In this document: one piece after another, positions 48,096 to 59,876 of the stretch
Numbering within the stretch: the stretch's first letter is position 1
Layout of the letters: every line of letters starts with the position of its first letter
DNA from: Sphaerodactylus townsendi
Lineage: Eukaryota
Direction of reading: 5' to 3'
Length of the DNA stretch: 64,000 nucleotides
Assembly (NCBI RefSeq): GCF_021028975.2
Contig: NC_059426.1
Location: forward strand, 43,524,001-43,588,000
The notes under the pieces: generated by a model
The model's input: the letters and a program-made list of their open reading frames with translations, nothing else
Database searches by the model: none
Told to the model about the DNA's origin: nothing
Translations under genes and position numbers: made by a program

Positions 48096-50201
48096 TTTCA
48101 TAATGTTCAAATGTGAAGTCCACAGTGCATGTTTGAAATACCAATACCAGCTATATTGTCCCTTTAACTTAGCCGTATTTTGAAGAGGTATGTTTCCTGC
48201 CACGAGAAAATATTATTTATATCGCACATGCTCCTTTGGATCTGATTTTGCGATGAGTGCAGAGGAAGTATCTTTTATCTGGAATGCACGACCAGAAAAC
48301 TGTCTTGTGACTTTGAGTTTCCAGGCTACTCTCAGCATTTTTTTTAACCCTCAGTAATTAAATTAATTTCTTCCCTATTATGTAGAGACAGTTAATTACT
48401 TGTGTGGCAACCAGCAACATATGTTGTGGAATTATACAGTGTCTGAAAAACTTGGGAAAAAGAAGCTGTGCTGACCTGCATGTGCAAAAAAAAATAAAAA
48501 AAAATCCTCCAGCCTTCAAAGCCACAAGTTGCGAAGCTAACACTCGCAGCATTTTTGCTGTTACCAAACTGTATCACAGCAAATCCTTACAAAGCAATAC
48601 CATACATTCAATGCATGCCCCATAATTCTTTTTGGAGACAGTGCACAGCTGCTCCAGTTTAGTATTAGCTGCTTCTTAGGGCCTGGTATTGCCTTTCAAT
48701 AAAAATCACAGATGGTGGAGTGTCTTTCACACCAAGATAGTAAATATGAGCTTACATCAGGTGAACGGGTGATATGAGTACATGCAATTCTTCCTTTTAA
48801 AAGACATTTTGATAAAGGAAAAAATATTTTGTTGTCAAGCAGCCAACCCTCTTCCAGTGAAAAACGTTATGTCTAAAACAGTCTGTGTGTAAACCCCACC
48901 CCGACAGTGCAATTCTATATTCCACACAAAAGAAATATATCTAAGTACCCTTACATCAGCAGATTTTTCAAACAAGCCAATGTCAGAGACTTCTACAAGT
49001 CCAAGTCCAGTGTCAATGAAAGAACTAGAAATTGTTCAAATTGGGATCTTGTCAGAAAATGAGTAGAACATTATCCTGTGCCCCCTTAAAGCACAGCACT
49101 GTCCCTGTTTCACTAAAAAGAAGTGGTAACCGTATCAGATAAAACTTGTCTATAGAAATTATAGCGAGCCGAACACCACAATCCTTCCAACTCTTCCCAC
49201 TTCACCACAGTCACAATGGAGCCAACTAACTAAACAAACACTAATGGCATCATAACAGCACTATATAAATCTATATCCTAGATGTCAGGGCAAACGACAG
49301 AAGTGCAAAACCCTGGTATCTCTAGCATTTCCCATTTGTTACTAATACAGTGACTACATTTCTTCCTTAGCTATAAGACTGAGAGATCAACAGTGTAAGA
49401 CAAAATTATTTTAATGCCTTGTATTTGATTATTTTTTGCCAATAAAGGTTAAAAATAAGATAAGGACATAGCACTTGGACAAGAAACAAGAGAACACAAA
49501 TTGCATATTCTCAGAATATATTCCTGTAATCTCCCCAATAGCTGACATAAGAAAAGCACTAATTTTGGTAACAGGTGTGAGGGGGTGAATTCTATGAAGG
49601 GTTAAACTGGATTGGAAATGAGACAAAGCTCCCTTTTACTTTTTCACTCCCATTCAGTTCAGTGGGAATGTTTATTCTAATGCCTATTTTTTTGGTAAGT
49701 GTAATGTTATGATAGCCCTTGGGTGTAGATGTGGGTTGCAGGGGTCTGTCTCACTCATCTCTGGATGTTTTTCCAGTGTAAACTGATTCCTATCACTATA
49801 TCAGTGCCTTGATGAAGACTGAGTTATACCAGTGTCGTGTTGGCATTGTGCTACTCCAGCATAGTGGAATGGAGTTATAAGATACAACCCATATCAGAAT
49901 ATTGGGGCCATGAATAGACAAGACAGATCTTTCTTTAAACCCCATTTAAATCCCATTCTTGCGAAAAGAAAGAAATATGAAAAAAAATGAAACTTCTCCA
50001 AAATAATAGAAGCAGCACCTGGACTTTTAAGACAGTAGACTTCAGTGACCATTGAGGGGGTTGCTAGGCAACTGCCATGATATTGTTAGCCTTCATGGTT
50101 TTAGTTTGTAAAAGGTAAAGGAGGGTCATGTAGAGGTTAGAGTGTCAGGCCAGGATATGGGAGACCCAGGTTGAAATCCCCATGGAAATTTCCCATGGAA
50201 G

Positions 50202-51806
50202 CATGCATGTAGGTAAGGGGGGGTTCTCGGGTTTGAACCCCCCCATTCATGTCCGAAACTCCGCCCACCCGTTTGTGGGTTTTTAAAACGTTTTAGTGCT
50301 TTTTGGTTTTTGGCCTGCAGGGGCGCATTGTTTGGGCTAGCAGCACCAAACTTTCAGGGATTGTTTGGGGGACTCTCCTGATGATACTACCCAGGTTTGG
50401 TGAGGTTTGGTTCAGGGGGTCCAAAGTTATGGACTCCCAAAGGGTTTGCCCCCATCCTCCATTGTTTCCAATGGGAACTAACAGAAGATGGGGACTACAC
50501 CTTTGAGGGTCCATAACTTTGGACCCCCTGAACCAAACTTCACCAAACCTGGGATGTATTATCAGGAGACTCTCTTATTGATACCACCCAGGATTTGTGA
50601 AGTTTGTCCAGGGGGTCCAAAGCTATGGACTCCCAAAGGGGGTGCCCCATCCTCCATTGTTTTCAATGGGAGCTAATAGAAGATGAAGGCTACATCTTTG
50701 AGGGTCCGTAACTTTGGTCATCCTGAGCCAAACTTCACCAAACCTGGGATGTACTATCAGGAGAGTCTCTTATTGATGCCACCCAGGTTTTGTGAAGTTT
50801 GGTCCAGGGAGTCCAAAGCTATGAACTCCCAAAGGGGGTGCCCCATCCCCCATTGTTTCCAATGGGAGCTTAGGAGATGGGGCTACACCTTTGAGGGTCC
50901 ATAACTTTGGACCCCCTGAACCAAACTTCACCAAACCTGGGTGGTATCATTAGGAGAGACTCCTAAAGATACCCTGAAAGTTTGGTGCTTCTAGCTTAAC
51001 CATTACACCCCTGACAGCAGGCACCCCCCAAATTTCCCCAGATTCTCCTTTTAAATCCACCCCCTTCGGCATGGATTTAAAGGGAGAATCTGAGGTCCTC
51101 AGTTTAGAAGAAGAAGAAGAGTTTGGATTTATATCCCCCCTTTCTCTCCTGTAGGAGACTCAAAGGGGCTTACAATCTCCTTGCCCTTGCTCCCTCACAA
51201 CAAACACCCTGTGAGTTGAGTGGGGCTGAGAGAGCTCCGAAAAGCTGTGACTAGCCCAAGGTCACGCAGCTGGCGTGTGTGGGAGTGCACAGGCTAATCT
51301 GAATTCCCCAGATAAGCCTCCACAGCTCAAGTGGCAGAGCAGGGAATCAAACCTGGTTCCTCCAGATTAGAATGCACCTGCTCTTAACCACTACGCCACA
51401 TTGAAAGTGATGCTGTTTCAGGGTGGGGGATAATCCACCCCCAAACAGCATCACTTTCAATGTTGTTTAAATGGGGACCCCAGATTCTCTCTTTAAGGTG
51501 GATCTAGTTTAAATACCATTGAAAGTGATGCTGTTTGGGGGTGGATTCCTGCATCACAGCGGCTGCCCCGGGGGGGGGCACAAAACTCATTTTGCACCAG
51601 GCTCCATTTTCCCTCTATGCCTCAGCCCAGAGGGGAGGGGCAGGGCAGGGCAGGGCAGGGGAGTCTGCCATCCCCGACCTCGGAGAGCTGCTTTTATAAG
51701 TGCTAGGCCAGGGGCGGGGCTTGTGGAGGCGTGGTCATGCCCTGGGGCAGGTGGGGGTGTGGCTCCCCCCGAACCCCCCCATAAAAAATCTATATCTACG
51801 TCCCTG
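50202..51806. mobile_element. Non-autonomous hAT element with 8-bp TSD CATGGAAG, carrying three ~195-bp hairpin repeats
   Basis: CATGGAAG at 50194-50201 and 51807-51814; right end CTACGTCCCTG, left end CATGCATGTAG (degenerate). It splits a tRNA-SINE (50128-50201 and 51815-51908). Confidence 0.8.
51107..51399 (-). mobile_element. Young tRNA-derived SINE (Squam3-like) with (TTC)n tail
   Basis: Minus strand starts GTGGCGTAGTGGTTAAGAGCAGG (box A), then GGTTTGATTCCC (box B), and ends GGATATAAATCCAAACTC(TTC)n. Confidence 0.85.
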
Positions 51807-52006
51807 CATGGAAGTTTGCTGGGTGACCATAGCAGAAAGAAAATGATGTAAGCTGCTTCAGTTCCCCATTGTGGAGAAAGGTGTGGTATAAATGAAGTAA
51901 ATAAATAAAGGTGGGGATTAGGGGATACGTTAAAAAGGTTGGTTAGTGCATGGGAAGGAGAAATGGAAGCAGGGAAGGGGGTACGAGTGCTGCCAAGAGG
52001 AGGAGG

Positions 52007-52150
52007 CAGTGACAAAGGGAGGGGAAACTGCGCCCGGGGCATAAGCTGCCTGCATGCCCCCTCCTACCCCACCCCAGCCCCGACACGTGATGGCAATGGC
52101 GACACCCAGGACAAGCCACTCCGGATGTCCCCATTGCCGCTACACGTCTG
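52007..52150. mobile_element. hAT MITE with 8-bp TSD GGAGGAGG
   Basis: GGAGGAGG at 51999-52006 and 52151-52158; gaggggaaactgcgcccgggg shared with the element at 35364. Confidence 0.75.
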
Positions 52151-54289
52151 GGAGGAGGGAAACAGGAAATAGTGAGGGGAGGGGGGTACAGAGGGAAATG
52201 AGGTGTCCTTCATAAATCCTCGTGGGTTCCACACTTGCCACAAATATAATTTTGAACTGGACCGCAGAGTGTAGATCAGAAAATCCACAAAATTGAGCTA
52301 GCTAGTTGAGATGTCTCTACCAACCTGAAAAAAGCCCAAGGTGACCAGAAAAGTCTAAAATCTTTTTTAAACAAGTAAGAAAAAAGAAACCCACATATTG
52401 GTGGATTAAAACTCCAAATAACAAAAACAATATTTGTATCTTCAAACAACACATACTAGGTTCTTTCAGTACTACTTTTTGAGATCTCAGTGGCCATTCA
52501 AGGATTGCTAGGTAACCACAACACTATTGCCAAGCCTGAGTTTCTGTAAAGTAAGCCCATGGGAAGAAGCAGGGTTAGTCCGGGATGCCAAAATAGCCCA
52601 TGACAAGACCCTCCTCCATCCCTGGTCATGTCTCAATAGAGGAGGATTCACTGAGGCCAGGCCTGGGGGTTACTACAAGGAACTTAGTACCCACACAACT
52701 TAGCTGGGTCTGGTGACAGCTAGCACAGCACTCATTGTGCCTGGGGTGACAGCAGCCACCACACAGTTTAGCCAGATCTGGGAACAGTCTGTCCAAGTAG
52801 AAGAAGTAGTGCCATGCAGACATGGCTTGATCATGCTTGGCAGTGGCCACTGCACTACTTCTTCTACTTGGACAGACTTTTCCTGGGGACAGGCTGTCAG
52901 GAAGAAGGAAAGACGGGGATCTGAAGACTGGGGAGGGGCAGATAAGGAATGGTTGATGGGTGCATGGGAAGGAGAGAAGGACCACCTCCTCCGATATTGT
53001 CCAGCCTGCCAGTTATGATTTGCCCCACAACCCCTGCTCTCTGAGCCCTTGTTGTCAGAGGCACAGCAGGCAGCCACCAGTGAAGGGGCTTTTTCACTAG
53101 TGGCCCCTTGCTTGTGGAATCCTCTTTGTCTTAAGGCTCGCCTGGCACCAGTATTGCTTTCTTTTGAAGTCAGGCCAAAACATTTCTGTTCAACCCAGGC
53201 TTTTAATTAAGAGTTTGATTTTTGAACATCATTAACTCAGAAGTAAATCCCATTAAGATAAATGAAACTTACTCCCTATTAAGTGTGCTTAGGATAGCAG
53301 CCTAAATCTTTGATTCTTCTTTTTTTAAATTATTTTTTTTATTACAAACTTTTGTGAACACAAACACAAACACTGGAACTTAAGTCAAGGTATTTCTCCT
53401 GACTTGTGGATTAGTGTTGGTATTGTATTTTTTTTAGATATTTTATTCTTCGGATTCTCTAGGTTACATCTGATCTCAACTGCTGCATTATTGCTTTGCC
53501 TTTTGGCACTGAAATCCTAAATTTATTCATATGGAATTAGTTCTTATTGATCCCAGGGGAACGTCCAGGTAACATCCTTATCGTAAACATACTAAAATTG
53601 AAATGTTCCATTGATTGCAATGAAAATTACCCCTAAGTAATTGCGCTTAGAATTAGGGCTTCAGTATGTTTAGGTTGCAGAAGAGTAGTTTCTGTTAAAT
53701 AATTGGATCTTTCTTTTAATTAATTCACTTAGCACGGAGATGCTCATATACTTTCTCATAATCGTTCCTCTCCTCGACTCATTCATACCTTAAGAAGTTC
53801 ACATTTGTAAACCTATAATAAAAAAGAGGGATATCCTTACTTTGAGTCCATTGTTGTTGGGTGTTGGAGAACTTGAACAAATGTATTTCCATCTTTACTC
53901 AATTCCTTTATCCAGGTAATTTGCTCCAGTGATGAAATGTTGCAGAGCCAAGCTATTCACAAGTAGAAATGGAAAAACCATTTAGACATACATACACTGA
54001 AAAGTTTCCAACTGAGTATTAGTAATTTTGTCCAAACTAATTTTCCCTTATAGCATTATTGTTAATGCATCTTTTAATCTAGTTATGATCGTCACTAAGA
54101 AATCAAAGAAGTATTAGTCCTAAGTAGACTATACTGACTTTGATGGACCAATAGTCTGGTTCAGTTTAAGACAGCTTCATGTCAGTGTTTCTTTTTTTAA
54201 TTATTCCGTTCAAAGCACGTTATTTAAATTTGTTACCTGATAAAACATTTCAAATATTGTAAGTGGTCATTTCCTTGAAAAATACTCCT

Positions 54290-55370
54290 CTTGCAACACA
54301 TGCTGCTTTTATAAATTTTCAAGCAGCCTTTGATTCCATATCTTGAGCTAAACTGTGGGAAAAACTAGAAACCTCCTCACTTGCCTGACATCTGCTCTAC
54401 TTAATATGTATGTTGCATGAAGGGACCTCAATCAAGGTACAATGCAACCCTCAGGATTAACTTTCTAGTGCTATTGAAACTGGGAAAGGTGTTAAGCAAG
54501 GAGGTATACTGGCCTCACTTTTATTTAACTTCTGTATTAATGATATGGTGGGCCATCTTCATAACAAGGACTTTCTCTTCCACACACTTGTTGGAAGACA
54601 CATTCCAGTTCTGCTTTATGTAGATGATGCAGAGATTCTTTCAAGAACTCCCTCTGGTCTCAAAAGAGCACTGAAAGCAATATCACTGTATTATAAGGAG
54701 GACAGATTAGAATTTAATTATCAACCAAAATCATGGCATTTGCCAAAAGGCCCAAGTTTTGTTCATGGAACATTGATGGTCATAAGACTAAGTGGATTTC
54801 ATTCTTTAGATATCTAGAGATAGTCCTCCACTTTGCCAGTAGCAGAAAAGCTCTTGGGGACTATGTTGCTGGAACTGCCATCCTCAAATTCTTTAAGACA
54901 AAAGATGGACGTTATATCCCTGCAGCATATAAATTGTTTGAACCCAAGTCAATTGCACAACTTCTGTATGGTGCCCAGTTAGGTTTCTTCCCCAATTTCG
55001 TGTCACTGGAAGTGATACGATCTGAATTTTTAAGATCAGCCTTTCAAGTTCCAAAACGTGTCTCTAATGCTATTCTGCAACTAAAGACATCATGAGAATG
55101 GAGACTAGAGTATGGGTGGCCATACTTAACTATCAGCTCAGATTATTTTTTCTCCCAATTGGCCTTGTTCCGCTGATTATGAATGATGACTTTCAATCCA
55201 CATGGAAACAGGCAGTGATAACTAAAATGTTATCCTTGCAATTTTCTCTACAACTGTTATTCAGCATAGGCTACAAGCAGGCCAAAGAAACCATTAAACA
55301 GCATATGGCAGATATACAGTGCCAATCAGATCTAGCCACATCTTCAGCTTTTATTGCTAGTGATTCCAAT
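54290..55370 (+). mobile_element. Non-LTR retrotransposon RT fragment (RTE-X/RTE-like), decayed
   Basis: FINFQAAFDSIS, KGVKQGGILASLLFNFCINDM, PVLLYVDDAEILS, FRYLEIV, QLLYGAQL. Confidence 0.85.
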
Positions 55371-55689
55371 AACAATATTTCCTACAACATATCGTATAAG
55401 TATCCAAAGTGGTTTATCACATCATACACCCATTTTTCACCTTATCCTCAACATAACTTTGTGAAGTAGCTTAGGCTGAGAAATTGAGACAGGCTCAAGG
55501 TTCACCTGGCAAAGTTTCCATGGCAGAATTCCAAACAGGCTGTCCCAATCCTAGTCCAACACTCACCACTATTCCAATATATGCAAGTTATGGTGTAGAA
55601 ATGAAATTCCTAAACATTGTAAATGACTGTGCACAGAAACAGTTGGTCACAGAGAAAACCAAAAGGAGAGTGATCTTGGACTTGGTCCT

Positions 55690-55870
55690 GAGTTAGAAGA
55701 TTGACAAATGGCAGAAAAGCCTAGTGAATTCTTTGCATCTGTGTTCACTGTGGAAAGTCTGGGGCATGCATCCATTCCAGAGACACTATTTTCACAAAGA
55801 GAGTTTGAAGAACTGAAACAAACTGAAGTGATAAAGAATGAAATTCTAAATCTATTGGTGATTTGAACAA
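55690..55870 (+). mobile_element. CR1 ORF2 fragment
   Basis: MAEKPSEFFASVFTVE matches the CR1 motif AE.LN.FFASVFT.E. Confidence 0.65.
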
Positions 55871-56301
55871 GCAACAGAGAATAAGAAATTGCAAAATCGG
55901 GGATTTAACATATGACAATATTTTTAAAATAAAAATATTACTCTATATATTTGTATAGAACATTTATCATCAAAATGATTACTCTAAGGCTGTGTCTACA
56001 CATTGTTATATTTGAGCAATAGCAACAATTTACAACTATCTTTGCTTGTATAGAAAAGACAATCCCAGAGGTGTCTTAGACAAGAGGCAACAGCTGACAG
56101 GGGCCTCATTCTGGTGTATATGTATGTGTGACAGCCCATAGACCTGCCCCATAACATATGTGGAAAAAGAAGAAAGGGAGTAGGCTCTCCCATAATCACT
56201 AATCCCCCCCATCTCATCCTGGACTCAGGTTGCCTGCCAGTGACAGCCACTCATGCCTGCCATGTCTGGGGCTTGGGAAGCTGGCTAGGCTTGTGGAGTC
56301 A

Positions 56302-56493
56302 ACTGGTTGTGGTGGGTTTTCCGGGCTGTGTGGCTGTGGTCTGGTGGACCTTGTTCCTAACGTTTCACCTGCATCAGTGGCTGGCATCTTCAGAGGTGTA
56401 TCACAGAGGAACAAGATCCACCAGACCACAGCCACACAGCCCTGAAAACCCACCACAACCAGTTGAATCTGGCCGTGAAAGCCTTCGACAATA
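56302..56493. mobile_element. Penelope (Poseidon-type) inverted-terminus insertion with a hammerhead core
   Basis: Palindromic arms ctggttgtggtgggttttc...tggtgga and tccaccagaccacagcc...cacaaccag; 12-bp TSD CTTGTGG(A/T)GTCA; minus strand CTGAAGA-TGC..GCA-GGTGAAACGTT. Confidence 0.75.
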
Positions 56494-56769
56494 CTTGTGG
56501 TGTCACTTGTGCCTGCTCCATCTGGGGCTTAGGTAGTTGTTCCCAGTGATGGATCCCACTTACTTTGCATAGGGTGAGAGCAACCCCAGGTTTGGTTCTA
56601 CTGGAAGGGGGGGGGGGGGTCAGCAGGACCATCTGTTGAGGAGTAGTAGAAATTTTGGAACCTTTTGCCCAGGGCCCCAGAAGCACTAAGTCAACTATGG
56701 ATAATCCAGTTGTAAATCCTTGCTATATTGTGATGATAGCACAATATCTAATGATTCACATTCCCTGGA

Positions 56770-57180
56770 ATCAATTTTTTTATTTGTACTTCAAAATCTT
56801 TGCAAAATCCAAAACACACAGAGATTTAAAATTCAACAAATTATAAAGCACTTATTTCATAAAGACTCTCAGTTTCTTCTGCACCAAATATGAACCCTTA
56901 AATCCTGAAAACATTTTTTCAAACACTTGGTTCGTAAGCATCAAAATAAAACTAAATCTTCAGTGTCATTACAAATAAAAAATCTCTTTTTCTACTACTA
57001 GTTCTTATTTTAACATTCTTTAACCTTCAAAACCACTAGTCATCAATTAATTTTTTTCCTGTGTTGTCTGAATACTCTATCAAGGGTTTCCAATTGTCCA
57101 TGAACTAAATTAAGTTCTTTTCTTTGAGTGGTGAAGTTAACTTGGCCATCTCTGCCAACTCTAATACCTTCACCACTATT
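56770..57180 (-). mobile_element. L1/Tx1-like LINE 3' fragment
   Basis: Minus strand VKVLELAEMAKLT...QLETL followed by an AT-rich 3'UTR; similar to the end of the LINE at 29140. Confidence 0.5.
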
Positions 57181-57730
57181 CTGATTGCCTGATGAAGAGA
57201 GTCATATGGGCAAAAAATGCTGATTAGTATTCTTACTAATAGAGTTCAAAGGTATTAATAATAACTCTGTGGGAATTCTTAATTAAAAAAGGAAAAACCC
57301 TACAATTGCAGGATACAGTTCTGCCAAAATGATGTAATTAGCCCACAATGTACATTAAAATAAGTAATGCACCTACGTTAAAAGTAATAAAAATGAGTGC
57401 TTAAAAATTATCAGAGGAATGAACGATGGAATGCTTCAGCTCAGGGGAAAAACCCACAAGCCTCATTTGATCACAGTTTAAGTACAATACAGACAAGTGG
57501 ATTTACAAGTGATAACTGAGTATAAAGCAAGGGCTTTTAGTTTTGAATAATCTTGCATCCTCTCCGAGATTAAGAAAAGGTACAACATCATAAAAAGAGT
57601 AGTGCCCATGACTTTTGATGATTTTAGCTTAGAGCCCAAGATCTAAAAATCATTCAGGTGTGAACTCTTGGATTTCAGCTGATTCATACCTAGATAACTA
57701 GGTATAAATAGATGTTTTGATGTGGCAAAT

Positions 57731-57870
57731 NNNNNNNNNNNNNNNNNNNNNNNNNNNNNNNNNNNNNNNNNNNNNNNNNNNNNNNNNNNNNNNNNNNNNN
57801 NNNNNNNNNNNNNNNNNNNNNNNNNNNNNNNNNNNNNNNNNNNNNNNNNNNNNNNNNNNNNNNNNNNNNN
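57731..57870. other. Assembly gap (140 N)
   Basis: Run of n. Confidence 1.
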
Positions 57871-58570
57871 CCCCTGAGGGGTCTGGGCGGTGAACAGCAA
57901 ATAATATTACATAAACAGTAAAAGCAGTAAGTAATTAATATAAATAACATCATTAAAACATAAAATTACAGTGTTTCACATAAACCACTTGGCGTCCAAT
58001 ATTAAATATTAAATAAAATTAATTTTGTGTTTGTATCTTCCAGTTCAAAAGAAATATTACTATATGAACAGAAATATTACTATATGAACAGACCTTGACA
58101 CTTTGGGTTGCACTTCCTAGGTGTCTCCATTCATAAGAAGTATTCACAATATGAAACTGATTATGAGACTAGCCCCATCAAAAGTCCCATTTAGTCCAGC
58201 ATCCTTATTCCAACAGTGCCCAGTCACTGTTTGGGAAACCCAAACACTGTTTGGGAAGGTTGGCAAAGGTAAGAGTTTTTTTCCCATTGGTCATCCCACA
58301 GCAAATGTCACAGAAATGGAGGTCCACAACTAAGGCTAACACATAGTGCTATCCCAAAGATTTACATACTTCACTGCCTGATTACTGCATGATAAAGGCA
58401 AATGTATGGACATATTTCCTCTAGCACCATTTTCATTTTCCACTTTCTCCAGGGCAAGCAAATCTACTTATAGCATAATTTTAATTTTGCTTTGCTACCA
58501 GAGTGGGACAGATTTTCCAGTGGGCTTTGCCCAAACCTCTTCCCTCCACCCACAGCTAGTCCATCTAGTC

Positions 58571-58717
58571 CAGGGGCGTCAAACTCGCGACCCTCCACAT
58601 GTTCATGATCTACAATTCCCATCAGTCCCTCCCAACATGATCATTGGCTGTACTGGCAAGGGCTGATGGGAATTGTAGTTCATGAACATCTGGAGGGTCA
58701 CGAGTTTGACACCTGTG
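58571..58717. mobile_element. Palindromic hAT-Charlie MITE
   Basis: CAGGGGCGTCAAACTCG...CGAGTTTGACACCTGTG; TSD ATCTAGTC / GTCTAGTC (NTCTAGAN-like target). Confidence 0.88.
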
Positions 58718-59244
58718 GTCTAGTCTTACCCTTCACTTCCCCATGTGGCTTTTCATGCTTCCCCCTTGCTATCCTCCTGTTGCCGGCTACTTCCGCTTCT
58801 TATCCTGCCACATAATTTCTATTGCCCATGGCCTCCCTGCTCTTGCATATCTTTAGATTTTAAAAAATTAACCATATTGATAGATCGATAAATGGATACT
58901 AACACTTTAAAAAGTAAAAATAATAAGACTAGTTGATCAGTCCAAACACCCAATTTGCCCCTGCATTTGATCAACAAAGTGGGATGTCTTTAGACGCGTG
59001 GTTTTATACACAAGCAATCAGTGATTCCAGACCACACTGGGAAAGGCCTGTTGGTCTTGACGTTGGGTTTACAGCACATCGGGAGATGAATGATCGTGAA
59101 CCTGGGGAGCTTAGCAAATGGCAGTTCATGTTGTCCTTTTTCAGTTTTTCAGTTTGCATGCCACTGTTACTCTTCCCTCACTTCCCACCCTAAAAGACAA
59201 CCAGTGTTCGGGCAAAGTGTACAGATGCTGTATTCAATACTTTT

Positions 59245-59372
59245 CTGGTTGTGGTGGGTTTTCCGGGCTGTGTGGCCGTGGTCTGGTAGATCTTGTTCCT
59301 AATGTTTCGCCTGCATCTGTGGCTGGAATCTTCAGGTACATCACAGAGGGAAGTCTGTTACACACTGTGTCA
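59245..59372 (-). mobile_element. Penelope terminus fragment with a hammerhead-like core
   Basis: Near-identical to 56302-56410; minus strand CTGAAGA..GGCGAAACATT. Confidence 0.7.
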
Positions 59373-59659
59373 CTGGGAGTTGTAGACTATGCAGAAATGT
59401 AACATCTCACCAAAATATTATTTTCCCTTCTTCACCCCTCCCCAAACTGTGTGTCCATTTCTTTGGTAGGAACACTGGTGACATGGAAGTGCTTGAACCA
59501 ACAGATATTTAGTCAAAGTGGTTCAGACGTACTTTTCAGCAAATCTTTCAGTGGCTGGGTATTGTTTGGAATTTTGCAGAATGGAGGGAGGTTCACATCC
59601 TCCAATATTTCGAACCCTTAGGAAGGTTTCACAAGCTAACAAAATTATTGTCTCCTACT

Positions 59660-59876
59660 TAGTGTTGCCAGTATCCAGGTGGTAGCTGGAGATCGACTGG
59701 GATTACAGTTTACCTCCAGGCAACAGGTCAGTTCCCCCAGGAGAAAAGGGTTACTTTGGAAGGTGCTCTCTATGGCATTATACCCCATTGAAGTCCCTCT
59801 TCCTCAAACCCAGTTCAGCTTGGGCTCTGCCCCCAGAACCCCCGGGTTTTTGCAAACCCAGAGCTAGTAACCCTAC
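59660..59876. mobile_element. Small TIR element of the AGGGTTGCCA family
   Basis: Ends TAGTGTTGCCAG...CTAGTAACCCTA; a related, oppositely oriented copy at ~41375-41580. Confidence 0.55.

Noticed and set aside
50370-50960. CRISPR-like periodic palindromic repeats
   Set aside because: Whole ~195-bp units repeat with no unique spacers, no cas genes, vertebrate DNA, and bounded by hAT termini and TSD.
57643-57953. ORFs spanning the N run
   Set aside because: Artefacts of the assembly gap.
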